A stretch of DNA of 64,000 bases, from the NCBI RefSeq assembly GCF_963921235.1, contig NC_086097.1:250110001-250174000 (forward strand), in the 5' to 3' direction. Positions 26,916-38,514 of this stretch are shown here, piece by piece. How positions within the stretch are numbered: the first letter of the stretch is position 1; every line of letters starts with the position of its first letter. Below the pieces are notes generated by a model that saw only the letters and a program-made list of their open reading frames with translations, made no database searches and was not told the origin of the DNA. The DNA is from Mobula hypostoma. Lineage: Eukaryota. The position numbers were made by a program, and so were the translations under genes.

Positions 26916-27240
26916 CATCATTCACAGGTAAACTGGTTTGTAGTCCTACTTTAAGAGGCCCTGTAACTAACTCTGACCTTAAATTTACTCTATGCAAATG
27001 TACCAGCATAAGAGCACTCCCAACTCCTTGTATATTGTTTACTTCACCAATGTCAGACTCATCACTAAACTTTAGAACACTATCTAATATAAGTGATTAA
27101 GAAGCTCCAGTATCCCTGAGTATTTTTATTGGCACAGGAGTGGATCACTCTTGCAAGGATACAAATTCCTCCATTATAAGATGTTCATATCCCCTCTTAA
27201 CTTGGTCAGACTCTAACAAAACTTCATTGGTATTTATCAA
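26916..27240 (-). pseudogene. Gypsy aspartic protease remnant
   Basis: Minus strand reads ...PVPIKILRDTGAS*SLILDSVLKF (DTG catalytic motif) with in-frame stops; continues as LLLGNDLA after the CR1 insertion at 26470-26915. Confidence 0.8.
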
Positions 27241-27336
27241 ACAACAGGAATTCTGCAGATGCTGGAAATTCAAGCAACATACATCAAAGTTGCTGGTGAA
27301 GGCAGCAGGCCAAGCAGCATCTATAGGAAGAGGCGC

Positions 27337-27372
27337 AGTCGACGTTTCAGGCCGAGACCCTTCGTCAGGACT
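27337..27372 (-). ncRNA. Minimal hammerhead ribozyme motif (left Penelope arm)
   Basis: Minus strand AGUCCUGACGAAGGGUCUCGGCCUGAAACGUCGACU, intact core. Confidence 0.82.
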
Positions 27373-27780
27373 AACTGAAGGAAGAGTGAGTAAGGGATTT
27401 GAAAGCTGGAGGGGGAGGGGGAGATGCAAAATGATAGGAGAAGACAGGAGGGGGAGGGATAGAGCCGAGAGCTGGACAGGTGATTGGCAAAAGGGGATAC
27501 GAGAGGATCATGGGACAGGAGGCCTAGGGAGAAAGACGGGGGGGGGTGACCCAGAGGATGGGCAAGAGGTATATTCAGAGGGACAGAGGGAGAAAAAGGA
27601 GAGTGAGAGAAAGAATGTGTGCATAAAAATGAGTAACAGCTGGGGTACGAGGGGGAGGTGGGGCCTAGCGGAAGTTAGAGAAGTCAATGTTCATGCCATC
27701 AGGTTGGAGGCTACCCAGACGGAATATAAGGTGTTGTTCCTCCAACCTGAGTGTGGCTTCATCTTTAAGAGGCCCTGTAA

Positions 27781-28553
27781 GGCTTTTCATTCATTCTAGG
27801 ACCAGGGAGATGTCTTCATTTTTTAAAGAAAGGGGCTTCCCTTCCTCCACTATCAACTCTGCTCTTAAACGCATCTCCTCCATTTCACGTACATCTGCTC
27901 TCACTCCATCCTCCCACCACCCCACTAGGAATAGGGTTCCCCTGGTCCTCACCTACCACCCCACCAGCCTCCGGGTCCAACATATTATTCTCCGTAACTT
28001 CCGCCACCTCCAACGGGATCCCACCACAAAGCACATCTTTCCCTCCCCCCCTCTCTCTGCATTCCGCAGGGATCGCTCCCTACACAACTCCCTTTTCCAT
28101 TCGTCCCCCCCATCCCTCCCCACTGATCTCCCTCCTGGCACTTATCCGTGTAAGCGGAACAAGTGCTACACATGCCCTTACACTTCCTCCCTTACCACCA
28201 TTCAGGGCCCCAAACAGTCCTTCCAGGTGAGGCATCACTTCACCTGTGAGTCGACTGGGGTGATATACTGCGTCCGGTGCTCCCGATGTGGCCTTTTATA
28301 TATTGGTGAGACCCGACGCAGACTGGGAGACCGCTTTGCTGAACATCTACGCTCTGTCCGCCAGAGAAAGCAGGATCTCCCAGTGGCCACACATTTTAAT
28401 TCCACATCCCATTCCCATTCTGACATGTCTATCCACGGCCTCCTCTACTGTAAAGCTGAAGCCACACTCAGGTTGGAGGAACAACACCTTATATTCCGTC
28501 TGGGTAGCCTCCAACCTGATGGCATGAACATTGACTTCTCTAACTTCCGCTAG
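27781..28553 (+). pseudogene. Penelope ORF C-terminus: RT thumb/linker plus GIY-YIG endonuclease
   Basis: Open frame (listed ORF 27687-28553): RVPLVLTYHP, AFRRDRSL, CKRNKCYTC, GVIYCVRCSRCGLLYIGETRRRLGDRFAEH, RLEEQHLI...PDGMN. Confidence 0.92.
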
Positions 28554-28845
28554 GCCCCACCTCCCCCTCGTACCCCAGCTGTTACTCATTTTTATGCACA
28601 CATTCTTTCTCTCACTCTCCTTTTTCTCCCTCTGTCCCTCTGAATATACCTCTTGCCCATCCTCTGGGTCACCCCCCCCCGTCTTTCTCCCTAGGCCTCC
28701 TGTCCCATGATCCTCTCGTATCCCCTTTTGCCTATCACCTGTCCAGCTCTTGGCTCTATCCCTCCCCCTCCTGTCTTCTCCTATCATTTTGCATCTCCCC
28801 CTCCCCCTCCAGCTTTCAAATCCCTTACTCACTCTTCCTTCAGTT

Positions 28846-28881
28846 AGTCCTGACGAAGGGTCTCGGCCTGAAACGTCGATT
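28846..28881 (+). ncRNA. Minimal hammerhead ribozyme motif (right Penelope arm)
   Basis: AGUCCUGACGAAGGGUCUCGGCCUGAAACGUCGAUU, intact core, one G-U pair in stem I. Confidence 0.82.
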
Positions 28882-28943
28882 GCACCTCTTCCTATAGATG
28901 CTGCTTGGCCTGCTGCGTTCACCAGCAACTTTGATGTATGTTG

Positions 28944-30149
28944 TTGGTATTTATCAAACTCTGTGGATTTACAGGTGTTTCAATATGCTGCACACAAGCA
29001 ACTGGGACTGCTTCCTTCTCTTTCTTCTTCAATCGGAAACAGTTAGCTATTACATCTCCAGGTTTCTTACAATAATTACAAATAAGACCAAAATGTCTTT
29101 CCTCCACATGTCTTCCTTCATCCTTACCTTTCTCACTAACTTCTGATTTAATTTCTGGTTTACCTTGACTCTCTGTGCTATTTTTCCTTTTAAAAGTTCT
29201 ACCTGAAGAAAATTTACTCTTATGAATTAAAGCGTACTCATCAGCTAATTTAGCAGACTCCTGCAATGTAGCAGTGTCCCTCTCATTTAAGTGTGTCCTC
29301 ACTTCAACAGGAATGCTCCTTTTAAATTCCTCCAGTAAAATCAGCTCTTTTAATTTATTATACTCCCCATTCGCATTTTTAGAGGAAACCCATCTCTCAA
29401 AACACACAGATTTCTTGTAGGCAATTTCCATGTAAGTTTTTTCCATGGATTTCTTCAAATTTCTGAATCTTTCTCTATAAATTTCTGGAACCAGTTCATA
29501 TGCTTTCAGTATATACTGCTTCACAATATCATAATCAAGTGCTTGGTCAGCAGTTAAAGCTGTATAAACTTGTTGTGCCTTACCTCTAATTATACTTTGT
29601 AACATCACTGGCCATTGATTTTTTGGCCACCCTGAACTCAAAGCAACAATTTCAAAGTGTTGGAAATATTTGTCTACTTCTGTTTCATTAAATAGAGGAG
29701 CCAAAATAACCTCTCGACTAGCAACAAACTTTCCTCGAACCAGAGGACTGATTTTCCATCCTTAATTTCTCCATCTCTAGCTCAAGTTTCCTCTGGTTAT
29801 CAGCTTCTCTTTCTTTAAATTCCCTTAGTTTATTTGCTTCTCTCTCTTCAAATTCCATTATTTTATTTGTCTCTCTTTTGGCCATTTCTGCTTTAAATTG
29901 CTCAAACTTTATCTGTTCAATATGTAACTGCATTTCCAGTTTACTCATTGGAAACCTCCCTAACACCTCAGCATCAAACTTTCCCGAACTTATATAATGC
30001 TCTGCGATTTTTCTCTGAATTGCGGGCTTTGCTGTAACCTTCGTAATTCCTTTAAGATCCAACCTTCTAGCAATCTCGGATACATTACCCTATCTCGCCT
30101 TCGCTAATAACTCCGGGTCTGGCAATTCCATAAAGTCATCAATATTCAT
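28944..30149 (-). pseudogene. gag: Gypsy gag remnant with SCAN-like capsid region and degenerate zinc knuckle
   Basis: ATG at 30149, then ORFs 29718-30062 and 28919-29704 (stop and frameshift); VDKYFQHFE...WPKNQW...YRERFR...LKELILLEEFKRSIP...LADEY is typical of Gmr1/SCAN; CNYCKKPGDVIANC knuckle with H changed to D. Confidence 0.88.
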
Positions 30150-30255
30150 TGCTGCTGAATACCACCCACAGACCAATCAAACAAAAGAATCGGGTATTTC
30201 CCTTTTCCAAATCAGATCGATAAATAAACAAGCACTTAAGCTCAAAATTGGAACA

Positions 30256-30273
30256 ATTCTGGACAACCCCCCA
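30256..30273 (-). promoter_or_regulatory. Primer binding site complementary to the tRNA-Pro 3' end
   Basis: Minus strand TGGGGGGTTGTCCAGAAT matches the canonical Pro PBS TGGGGGCTCGTCCGGGAT at 14/18 positions, 6 nt inside the 5' LTR. Confidence 0.85.
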
Positions 30274-30279
30274 ATTTTA

Positions 30280-31128
30280 TGTCACGTGATCAGCAACAAT
30301 GAATTATCAATTGAGGCAGGTTTCATAAAAACAAACAAACATTTATTAAACTCTGCTCAACAAATAGCGAAAAGTATTCAAGCAACTAACTTAACCGGAA
30401 GTTAACTGCTATACGGCAACTCTGGAACAGTTCTTAAAAGGGTAAATGCGAAAGCAATTCTTAAAGTGGTAAATTTGAAAGTCCAAGTGATTCACACAGT
30501 CAATAAGGAGAGACTTCCCTAGAAATAAATTTCTTCAAAGGTGTGATGTTACTGCTGATTCTCCAAAGGATTCACGATGAAGGAAATAAAATGGCTTAAA
30601 GGAACTGACCTTTTGCTGGTGAGTAGACACTGCTCAAACTTCCCTGCTCTTGCAGGATATATATCTCAGATATAGGTCACCACTTCTGAAACGAATCCTC
30701 AATAAGGTCATCCTTTATAAAACTGCCAAATGATTCCAACTTTATTCGATCCTTCAGGTTCCCATCCTTTAATAAAGTCTTCACTCTCCAATACTACTGA
30801 AAAGGGAAAATTATAGATGCAACACACAAATCTGGCAGCAATTGGAGAAACTCCCAGTACCAATCTTTGCACCTTAAAATAGACAGGAAAACTCCGTTTT
30901 AAAACAAAACTGGGTCATGACAAATAGGCAGCATAATGGAGTAACTAACGAAGCAAACAACAACTCAACTGAAACTAGCTGTGTCACCAGGGTTTCCCTT
31001 TATACACCTGTTGAGAATAGGTCATCATGTGACCTCACACTGGCAGGAAAATTACATCATGTGACCTCCACAAGACCATTACATCATGCTCATAAGACAG
31101 TCACAAGATACCCACGGGGTATGTAACA
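30280..31128 (-). repeat. 5' LTR of the Gmr1-like element
   Basis: TGTCACGTGATC...GGGGTATGTAACA, colinear with 20342-21182 (8 differences in the first about 120 nt by manual count); adjacent to the PBS. Confidence 0.95.
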
Positions 31129-31622
31129 ATGCCAACATCAAGCTCCAAAGACACTGGGAGAGGAAAGATTTTTGCCTAGAAGACATAAGAAATTGTGTGG
31201 TGAGAGCCACTAGTCCTTGGAAGCCACAGGGACGATCAACCTTCTATTACGCAGGACTTCTGCCAGACTGGCTCCATTTTCACAGAAGACATAATTGACA
31301 ATAAGCAAACTGGATTAACGGAAGTAAGATAATGGTAATGAATAAAGAAATTTGTAACGAATAAATCTTGAGGATTTCAATCCAGTGTTCTAAAATATAG
31401 TTGGTGGAATTGCAGATATACCATTCATAACCTTTCAAAGTTTTGCTGTTCAGGGAATTGTCCCTTTGATTGGAAAATTGCAAATGTCAATATTTAGGAA
31501 GATTGGCACAGAAAGAACACGCTATGCCGGCATGATAATTTAATTTGTGAGAGAAGCTGAAAGAACTATCATTAGGGATGGAGAAAACAAGCACGAATTT
31601 AAAAAACTATCTCATCATGGTT

Positions 31623-31662
31623 GCTTGAATTTCCAGCATCTGCAGATTTCCTCATGTTTGCA
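31623..31662 (+). mobile_element. 40 bp Penelope tail-only insertion
   Basis: GCTTGAATTTCCAGCATCTGCAGATTTCC... matches the tail at 57453-57489; perfect 11 bp TSD TCATCATGGTT (31612-31622, 31663-31673). Confidence 0.82.
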
Positions 31663-31817
31663 TCATCATGGTTTGTTTAAGGTAATAAGTCATCACTGAC
31701 AAACTTAGTCAAATATCTTGAGTTATGTTATGAAAAGTGTGGGGACTTGTGCAGACGTTCATTGGGAGAAATGAGAGTGCCTAACATGGGAGGTTGAAAC
31801 TAATAGTGCCCTTAGCA

Positions 31818-31896
31818 CAGCAGTTCCCAACCAGGGGTCTACCAGTCCCTTGTTTAATGGTATTGGTCCATAGCATCAAAAGGTTGGGAACCCCTG
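31818..31896. mobile_element. 79 bp hAT-type MITE
   Basis: TIRs CAGCAGTTCCCAACC / GGTTGGGAACCCCTG; 8 bp flanks CCTTAGCA / CTTTAGGA (6/8). Confidence 0.75.
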
Positions 31897-31950
31897 CTTT
31901 AGGACAACAAAACATTCCAATTGAATCTATAGTAAACCAGCTGGCCAAAA

Positions 31951-33532
31951 TGTGAGAATCAGGGCTATCAGCTGGTGTTTATCTAGGGGAAACCCCGTCC
32001 GCCTGCCAAACCATGTCTCACGGTTGCATAGTTGCTGTGTAATGGCACTGGGTACAAACTCACACATCAACTATCAGACAGCACACAATGTACGATTTAC
32101 AGATTACACTTTATAAATCTTACTGGAACTATGTAATTAATAGAGATACAATATAAAAGGGAAAGTAAAAGGCGCCAAACTTATCTGAGTTCAACCGCTT
32201 CGCGCACAACCGTTGGAGCTCAATTAACAGGGTCTTCTTTACACCATTCGATCTCCTCCGACCTCCTCGACCCGCCACCAGGACCAACCACGGTGGTCGA
32301 CCAGAGCGCATCCAGCACGTCCTTCCTCCTCGGGTCTCCTCCCGAAAAGCCTGCCAAACCACACGGTCTCCAGCCATATGAGACAGAATATCACCAACAA
32401 AAAGAATAACATGGACACTCATTGGTTCGTTCCTTCTCTTATCAATAATATAACCCAAACAAACAGAGAGTGAGAGAACTCCTCACATCGCAGTTATTAT
32501 TACAGAAAAGCCATTTTTATTAGCCTTAGCAGTAACATAGAAACATAGAAACATAGAAAATAGGTGCAGGAGTAGGCCATTCGGCCCTTCGAGCCTGCAC
32601 CGCCATTTATTATGATCATGGCTGATCGTCCAACTCAGAACCCTGCACCAGCCTTCCCTCCATACCCCCTGACCCCCGTAGCCACAAGGGCTACATCTAA
32701 CTCCCTCTTAAGTATAGCCAATGAACTGGCCTCAACTGTTTCCTGTGGCAGAGAATTCCACAGATTCACCTCTCTCTGTGTGAAGAAGTTTTTCCTAATC
32801 TCGGTCCTAAAAGGCTTCCCCTCTATCCTCAAACTGTGACCCCTCGTTCTGGACTTCCCCAACATCGGGAACAATCTTCCTGCATCTAGCCTGTCCAATC
32901 CCTTTAGGATTTTATATGTTTCAATCAGATCCCCCCTCAATCTTCTAAATTCCAATGAGTACAAGCCCAGTTCATCCAGTCTTTCTTCATATGAAAGTCC
33001 TGAGATCCCAGGAATCAATCTGGTGAACCTTCTTTGTACTCCCTCTAAGGCAAGGATGTCTTTCCTCAGATTAGGGGACCAAAACTGCACACAATACTCC
33101 AGGTGTGGTCTCACCAAGGCCTTGTACAACTGCAGTAGTACCTCCCTGCTCCTGTACTCGAATCCTCTCGCTATAAATGCCAGCAAACCATTTGCCTTTT
33201 TCACCGCCTGCTGTACCTGCATGCCCACTTTCAATGACTGGTGTATAATGACACCCAGGTCTCGTTGCACCTCCCCTTTTCCTAATCGGCCACCATTCAG
33301 ATAATAATCTGTTTTCCTATTTTTGCCACCAGCGTGGATAACTTCACGTTTATCCACATTAAATTGCATCTGCCATGAATTTGCCCACTCACCCAACCTA
33401 TCCAAGTCACCCTGCATCCTCTTAGCATCCTCCTCACAGCTAACACTGCCACCCAGCTTCGTGTCATCCGCAAACTTGGAGATGCTGCATTTAATTCCCT
33501 CATCCAAGTCATTAATATATATACCCCTTACA
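31951..33532 (-). mobile_element. Probable solo LTR (about 600 bp) split near one end by a CR1
   Basis: TGTGAG...CTTACA termini, CpG-rich non-coding body 31951-32535; left boundary and TSD not resolved. Confidence 0.5.
32535..33522 (-). mobile_element. Young CR1 3' fragment inside a probable solo LTR
   Basis: RT C-terminal half within ORF 32635-33672 (N-terminal about 52 aa are read-through flank); same tail. Confidence 0.95.
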
Positions 33533-33556
33533 CAATCAATACTATATTCTTGAGGA

Positions 33557-33894
33557 ATATATCTATCCCAGCATGTGAAGACAGACTCCGGCGGATTGAA
33601 CGGACGAGACCAATGGAAGGTCCAACGGTCAAGAAGGCGGTCTCTGCAAGCGTCGTGGAATGTGTAGAGCATGACAAGACACAGAAGGCGTCCTGGTCAC
33701 CCACTGTGCCTAATCCCATCTCCAGCCGTCTTGACTCTTGTCTTGCCGCTGGATCCAGATGGGAATTGGGAAGAGAGAGTGAGGCTGATGCTGCGCAACT
33801 CTCCTTCACTTAAATCCAAATCAAGCGCTAGTCTCGACACCATCATAATGGTGTCAAGGTCTTCATCGACGTCAACCATGGACAAACAACAACA
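33557..33894 (+). mobile_element. 338 bp non-coding retroposed element with a (CAA)n tail, probably RTE-mobilised
   Basis: Perfect 11 bp TSD ATTCTTGAGGA (33546-33556, 33895-33905); sub-terminal hairpin GACACCAT-CATA-ATGGTGTC; the RTE assignment is inference. Confidence 0.8.
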
Positions 33895-34969
33895 ATTCTT
33901 GAGGAGGAAAATAAGTCAAAGGGATTGAGGAAAGTCACACTCTTCTGGTCAGCTGGATGCACAGTCAATCAAATTCAGGAATGATAAAGTTGGAAAGTAA
34001 GTGAACCTCAACAAACTGTTGTAGTGTTGGAATAGATTAGAACGAGAGAGAAGTCATAAACACAAAAGATTCTGCAGTTGCTGGAAATCCAGCGCAACAC
34101 ACAAAATGCTGGAGGAACTCATCTACGTTGAACAATTTTGAGTCATCATTTTGGGCCAAGGCCCTTCATCATCACTCAAGAGATAGAAGCATACTGTAGT
34201 ATTGTAGGAAAATGGGTGAGGATTTAAAATTGGCTTTACCTAACTCTGAGCTCATGCATGCCAACAGGAACAGAGATAGTTGGTGCAAATTTGATTTTAG
34301 ATTATCTAAGATCTACAGAGGGCAAAAGCTGACAATTTTGTTTTTACATAATTGAGATCAGAAGTAGCAAAGGCAGTAAAGTTAAGTCAGGGTAGCATTG
34401 GTCATGAAAGTAATGCATTCTGCTTTAAGAGATTTGACAAATAGGTGTCTCTTAAAGAGTGTGGTGAAGTTCAGAGTCCAAGGTAAAACAATCAAAAGGA
34501 ATTGGATTGAGATGACTTGTTACTCCTACATTTTCTGTACATTCTTGGCTGTGCTGGTTGTTGGCACAAACAACACATTTCACTTTATGTTTTAATGTAC
34601 GGTACTGTGCAAATGTTTTAGACACATACATATTGCCAGGGTGCCTAAGACTTTTGCACAGTGCTGTAGTAATTTTATGTATTGCACTGTACCACCACAA
34701 GAAAAAACAAACTTCATGACATCTGTGAGTGATGATATACCTGATTCTGATACGGGTCTCTATTGTAGACCGAGAGCGGGAAGGGGACAAGGAGAAAGGG
34801 AATCATGGTTGGGAAAAAAGGGTAGGAGGAGGAGAGTTAGTGGAAAGTGCCAGAGAGACATTCTGTAATGATGAATTGTTTAGAATCAAATCGCCTTGCC
34901 TGGAGACTCAGAGCTGGGTGTGTCTATACCTGTGCCACCCACCACCCTGGCACTCTTTCTCTGCCCACA

Positions 34970-35528
34970 CCCCCTCACTCCTCCCCCTCCCCTTCCACCC
35001 AACCCCCCTCCTCTTCCCCTCCTCCCCTCCCATCCCTCCTCCCCCTCCACTCTCCTACCCCTTCCCTCTCCCTCCACTCCCCTTCCTTCCCCCTCCACTC
35101 CCCTCCCTCCCCACCTTCCTCTTCCTCCCTTCCTTCCTCTTCCCCCTCCCTTCCCCTTCCCCCTCCCTCTCTCTCCCCTCCCTCCCACTCTCTTACCGCT
35201 TCCCTCCCCTCCCCCTCCCCACTCCCTTCCCTCATCTTCCCGTCCCCTCCCTCCCCTTCCCCCTCTCTCCCTTCCCCTTCTCCCTCTCCCCTCCCTCCCA
35301 CTCCTCTTACCGCTTCCCTCCCCACTCCCTTCCCTCATCTTCCCGTCCCCTCCCTCCCCTTTCCCCTCTCTCCCTTCCCGTTCCCCTCTCTTCCTTCTCC
35401 CTTCCCCTTCTCCCTCTCTCCCCTCCCTCCCACTCCTCTTACCGCTTCCCTCCCCTACCCCCTCCCCCTCCCCACTCTCTTCCCTCATCTTCCCGTCCCC
35501 TCGCTCCCCTCCCCCTCTCCCCCCCCCC
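34970..35528. repeat. About 560 bp polypyrimidine/polypurine low-complexity tract with internal repeats
   Basis: Almost pure C/T on the plus strand; CCTCATCTTCCCGTCCCCTC and CTCTTACCGCTTCCCTCCC each occur three times. Confidence 0.95.
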
Positions 35529-38195
35529 GGTCAGTGAGGGGCAAATCTCCACACAGGTGGTCACGATCAAATTGCCCACGTGACCAGCCGGCGGTTTTCA
35601 TTTCAGCGGCAATTTCCCCCAAAGACATTGTTTTCGCTCTCTGTTCCCAGCTCCCTGTTCCAGTCCCAGGCGTCAAGGTTTACCGGGTTACTCCTTGCCG
35701 AGCATCCTGTTTATAGTGCAGCAACACTTTTCTAAATTGTTTAGATTTGAGAGCATCACATCCAATTCGGTTTTGCAAAACATTTACAGTGAAAATGTTC
35801 TAAAGGAAGCGGTTGGTGTGGCAACTTCAGTCAAGATCCCGGTTCTGTGAGGGTGGAATTTAAAATGACTTAACGGGAAAGCACCTTAGAGCGTGTTTGT
35901 TTAGCAGCAGTGAGAGGCTATTTAACAGACCCCAGTCTGTCTCGTTAGCCCCGGAAAACCCCTAATATACTTCAAGGTACAAATTTCGTGCTAGTTAAAA
36001 GTTACATTGACACGTGTAGGCAGGAAGGAAACACGCAGTTGAAGAACTTTGGACATTATTTGTCCGAGCGTGTCAGGTAAACACTGAGAGCCAGAACTGC
36101 TAACCTTAACTATTCCGTGAGTCTGTCGGTAATGAATAACTTCTGGGGTTTTTTTCGTATCAAGAGCAGAAAAAAAACGAGTATTAAAGTGAATAGCTCC
36201 CGTTTTTAGCAGAACGCGCTTTTACGATAATCTCAAACTTCACTTGCCCTGGCTTTGGCATGTTCCCGCTAAATATGGTCTCACTTTTAAGGACTAATCA
36301 TCTCATGTTCTTGATACTCATTTATTGCGATTATTCCTTTATTTTTGTATTTACACAATAAGTTGCCTTCTACACGCGGGTTGAACGCCCAAATTGGGGT
36401 CTTTCTTCGATTCTGTTACGGATGCAGTATTATTGTATAGATTTATTGAGGATGCCCACAAAATAATGGATATCATGGGTGTATATGGCAACATAAACTG
36501 TATGTACCATCACGATAAAACTTACTTTGAACTTTGCACTCCAGCTCGAAGAATTATTGGTGTTGGTAACGTTTAGCGTTAACGCTGCATTTAATAGAAA
36601 GCTTTTACGTGACGTAACGCCTACTGATAACCAGGGCAGCTCTGAACTGCCAGGAACCACGCGTCACGCAAAGTGAACACAAAACACTGATTTTCCAAAT
36701 AATCATGTAAGTTCAACTTCCAGAAGAATTGCTGACGATGGGGAACAGGAACAGAAGTTCAATGGCCCTATTACTTCTGTTCAATGCCTTTGTGAAAAAT
36801 CACTGCATGTACTTTACAGACAGCAAATAAATTTAACCACCATGTAAATATTGTTATAGTTAATATTTGGTATTTGTATATTTTAGCGATTTGCCAAGAA
36901 GACGATTTCTTCTAATCACGGTAATGATTCTCACACGTGAAGTATCGCTGGGATTATCTGGGAATATTAAAACAAGGAGAATAGTGTTTCTGGGCAACGC
37001 TCTCTTCCCTGTAACGTGCAGAATAGTTTCTGCACAGTTTGTAATTATTGCCTTCATGAGAATTTCGAACTAATCTGCAAAACACCAGCATTTTAAAATT
37101 TATGTTTTGTGTACCCAGTGTTCTGGTGTCATTATCCAACGCCGTCTTCAAACTTGTCTCCAACACAGCTGTGTATGAGGACAAGAAGATCATTAGTACA
37201 AACTAAGATGATTAAACGCCAACTAGAATTGTCACAACGTGCATTTTGCTTCGGCCCTGCACTTTGATGGGAAAGAGACTTTCTGAAGTAATTCAGCCTT
37301 TTAATTATTGGAAACATAAGTTTTTTAAAAAATATATATCATTCAGGGGATAACTGTATCCAATTGTTACAGCAACTAAATACAGTTTACATCCTGAAAT
37401 TGCTTTTCAACAGTTAATAACCGTAAATATTTATCAATTGATGTTAACATATAGGAAGGATGTTCAAAACAAGATTTATTTCCACCTGGAATCCTCTCTG
37501 ACTGCTCACCATCTAATTGACAACGCATTTTAAAGATGTGTTTTGTTATGACTATGCACCATCGTGGTGACTATCCCTCGAGGTCGAGGATGATGGTCTT
37601 CGTTCCGTTGGTCTATTTATGGGCTCTCAAGTGGCTGATGAGTCCAATCTTGAACTGTACACCACATTGTTCCTTTGTATGGATCGAGTTCATTTTAAAG
37701 TTACTTTGTAACCAAAGTACATACGTATGTAACCTTGAGAATAAGTTTCTTGCAGGAAAAGGGAACATAGAACATTAAAAACACGAGAAAATCTGCAGAT
37801 GCTGGAAATCCAGAGCAACACACACACAAAATGTCAGGCAGCGCCTATGGAACTGAGTGAACAGTCGATCGGTCCATGTTTCGGGCCAAGCCCGTGCTTC
37901 AGGAGTGTTGGAATATTACAGCACAGTACAGGGCCTACGGCCCATAATGTACTGTCGAAACAAAAGGGCCGCGACATTACTGCGCCAGCCACAGGGTTCA
38001 AATCCCGCTGCCGTCGGTGAGGAAATTGTGGGTTCTCCCCGTGACCGCGTGGTTTCCTCCGGAGTTCCGGATTCCTCCCGCATTCCAGAGATGTACGGGT
38101 TAGTAAGTTAATTGGATACATGGGTGTAATTGGGTGGTGCAGTGGGCCGAACGGCCTGTTACCGCGCTGTATCTCCAAATCAATAAAGGATACAA

Positions 38196-38514
38196 TAAAG
38201 TAAAGACATCCGTTAGTCTTGCGAGACCATGGATCTGCGCCTGGAAAGTCTTCACTCTCCAGGGCGCAGGCCTGGGCAAGGTTGTATGGAAGACCAGCAG
38301 TTGCCCAGACTGCAAGTCTCCCCTCTCCATGATACCGATGTTGTCCAAGGGAAGGGCATTAGGACCCATACAGCTTGGCACCAGTGTCGTCGCAGAGCAA
38401 CGTGTGGTTAAGTGCCTTGCTCAAGGACACAACACGTTGCCCCAGCTGGGGCTCGAACTCACGACCTTCAGGTCGCTAGTCCAATGCCTTAACCACTTGG
38501 CCACGTGCCCACAC
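38196..38514 (-). mobile_element. tRNA-head SINE
   Basis: Minus-strand A box TGGCCAAGTGG and B box GTTCGAGCC; perfect 11 bp TSD AAAGGATACAA (38185-38195, 38515-38525); second copy at 49947-50257. Confidence 0.9.

Larger units (their letters stand above)
27241..28943 (+). mobile_element. Penelope-like element, 5'-truncated, with inverted pseudo-LTR arms
   Basis: Left arm 27275-27767 is the near-perfect reverse complement of 28451-28943; 34 nt extra tail at 27241-27274; TSD TTGGTATTTATCAA(AC) at 27227-27242 and 28944-28959; removal rejoins the Gypsy frame PQSLINTN-EVLLESDQ. Confidence 0.95.
20342..31128 (-). mobile_element. Full-length decayed Gmr1-like Ty3/Gypsy LTR retrotransposon with four nested insertions
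   Basis: Two about 840 bp TG...CA direct repeats (20342-21182, 30280-31128); 4 bp TSD ATGC at 20338-20341 and 31129-31132; PBS and PPT in minus orientation; gag, protease, integrase, RT and RNase H remnants in the order PR-IN-RT-RH. Confidence 0.95.

Noticed and set aside
28944..29704. Domesticated host SCAN-domain gene
   Set aside because: It lies inside an LTR-bounded element with upstream stop and frameshift, a broken zinc knuckle and no C2H2 array.
32635..33672. 345 aa ORF with a novel N-terminus fused to RT
   Set aside because: Read-through from the antisense of the 33557-33894 element and flank into a truncated CR1; no sign of function.
34729..35716. Several 200-290 aa Pro/Ser/Leu-rich or Gly/Arg/Glu-rich ORFs
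   Set aside because: They arise from the C/T low-complexity tract, which lacks stop codons in most frames.
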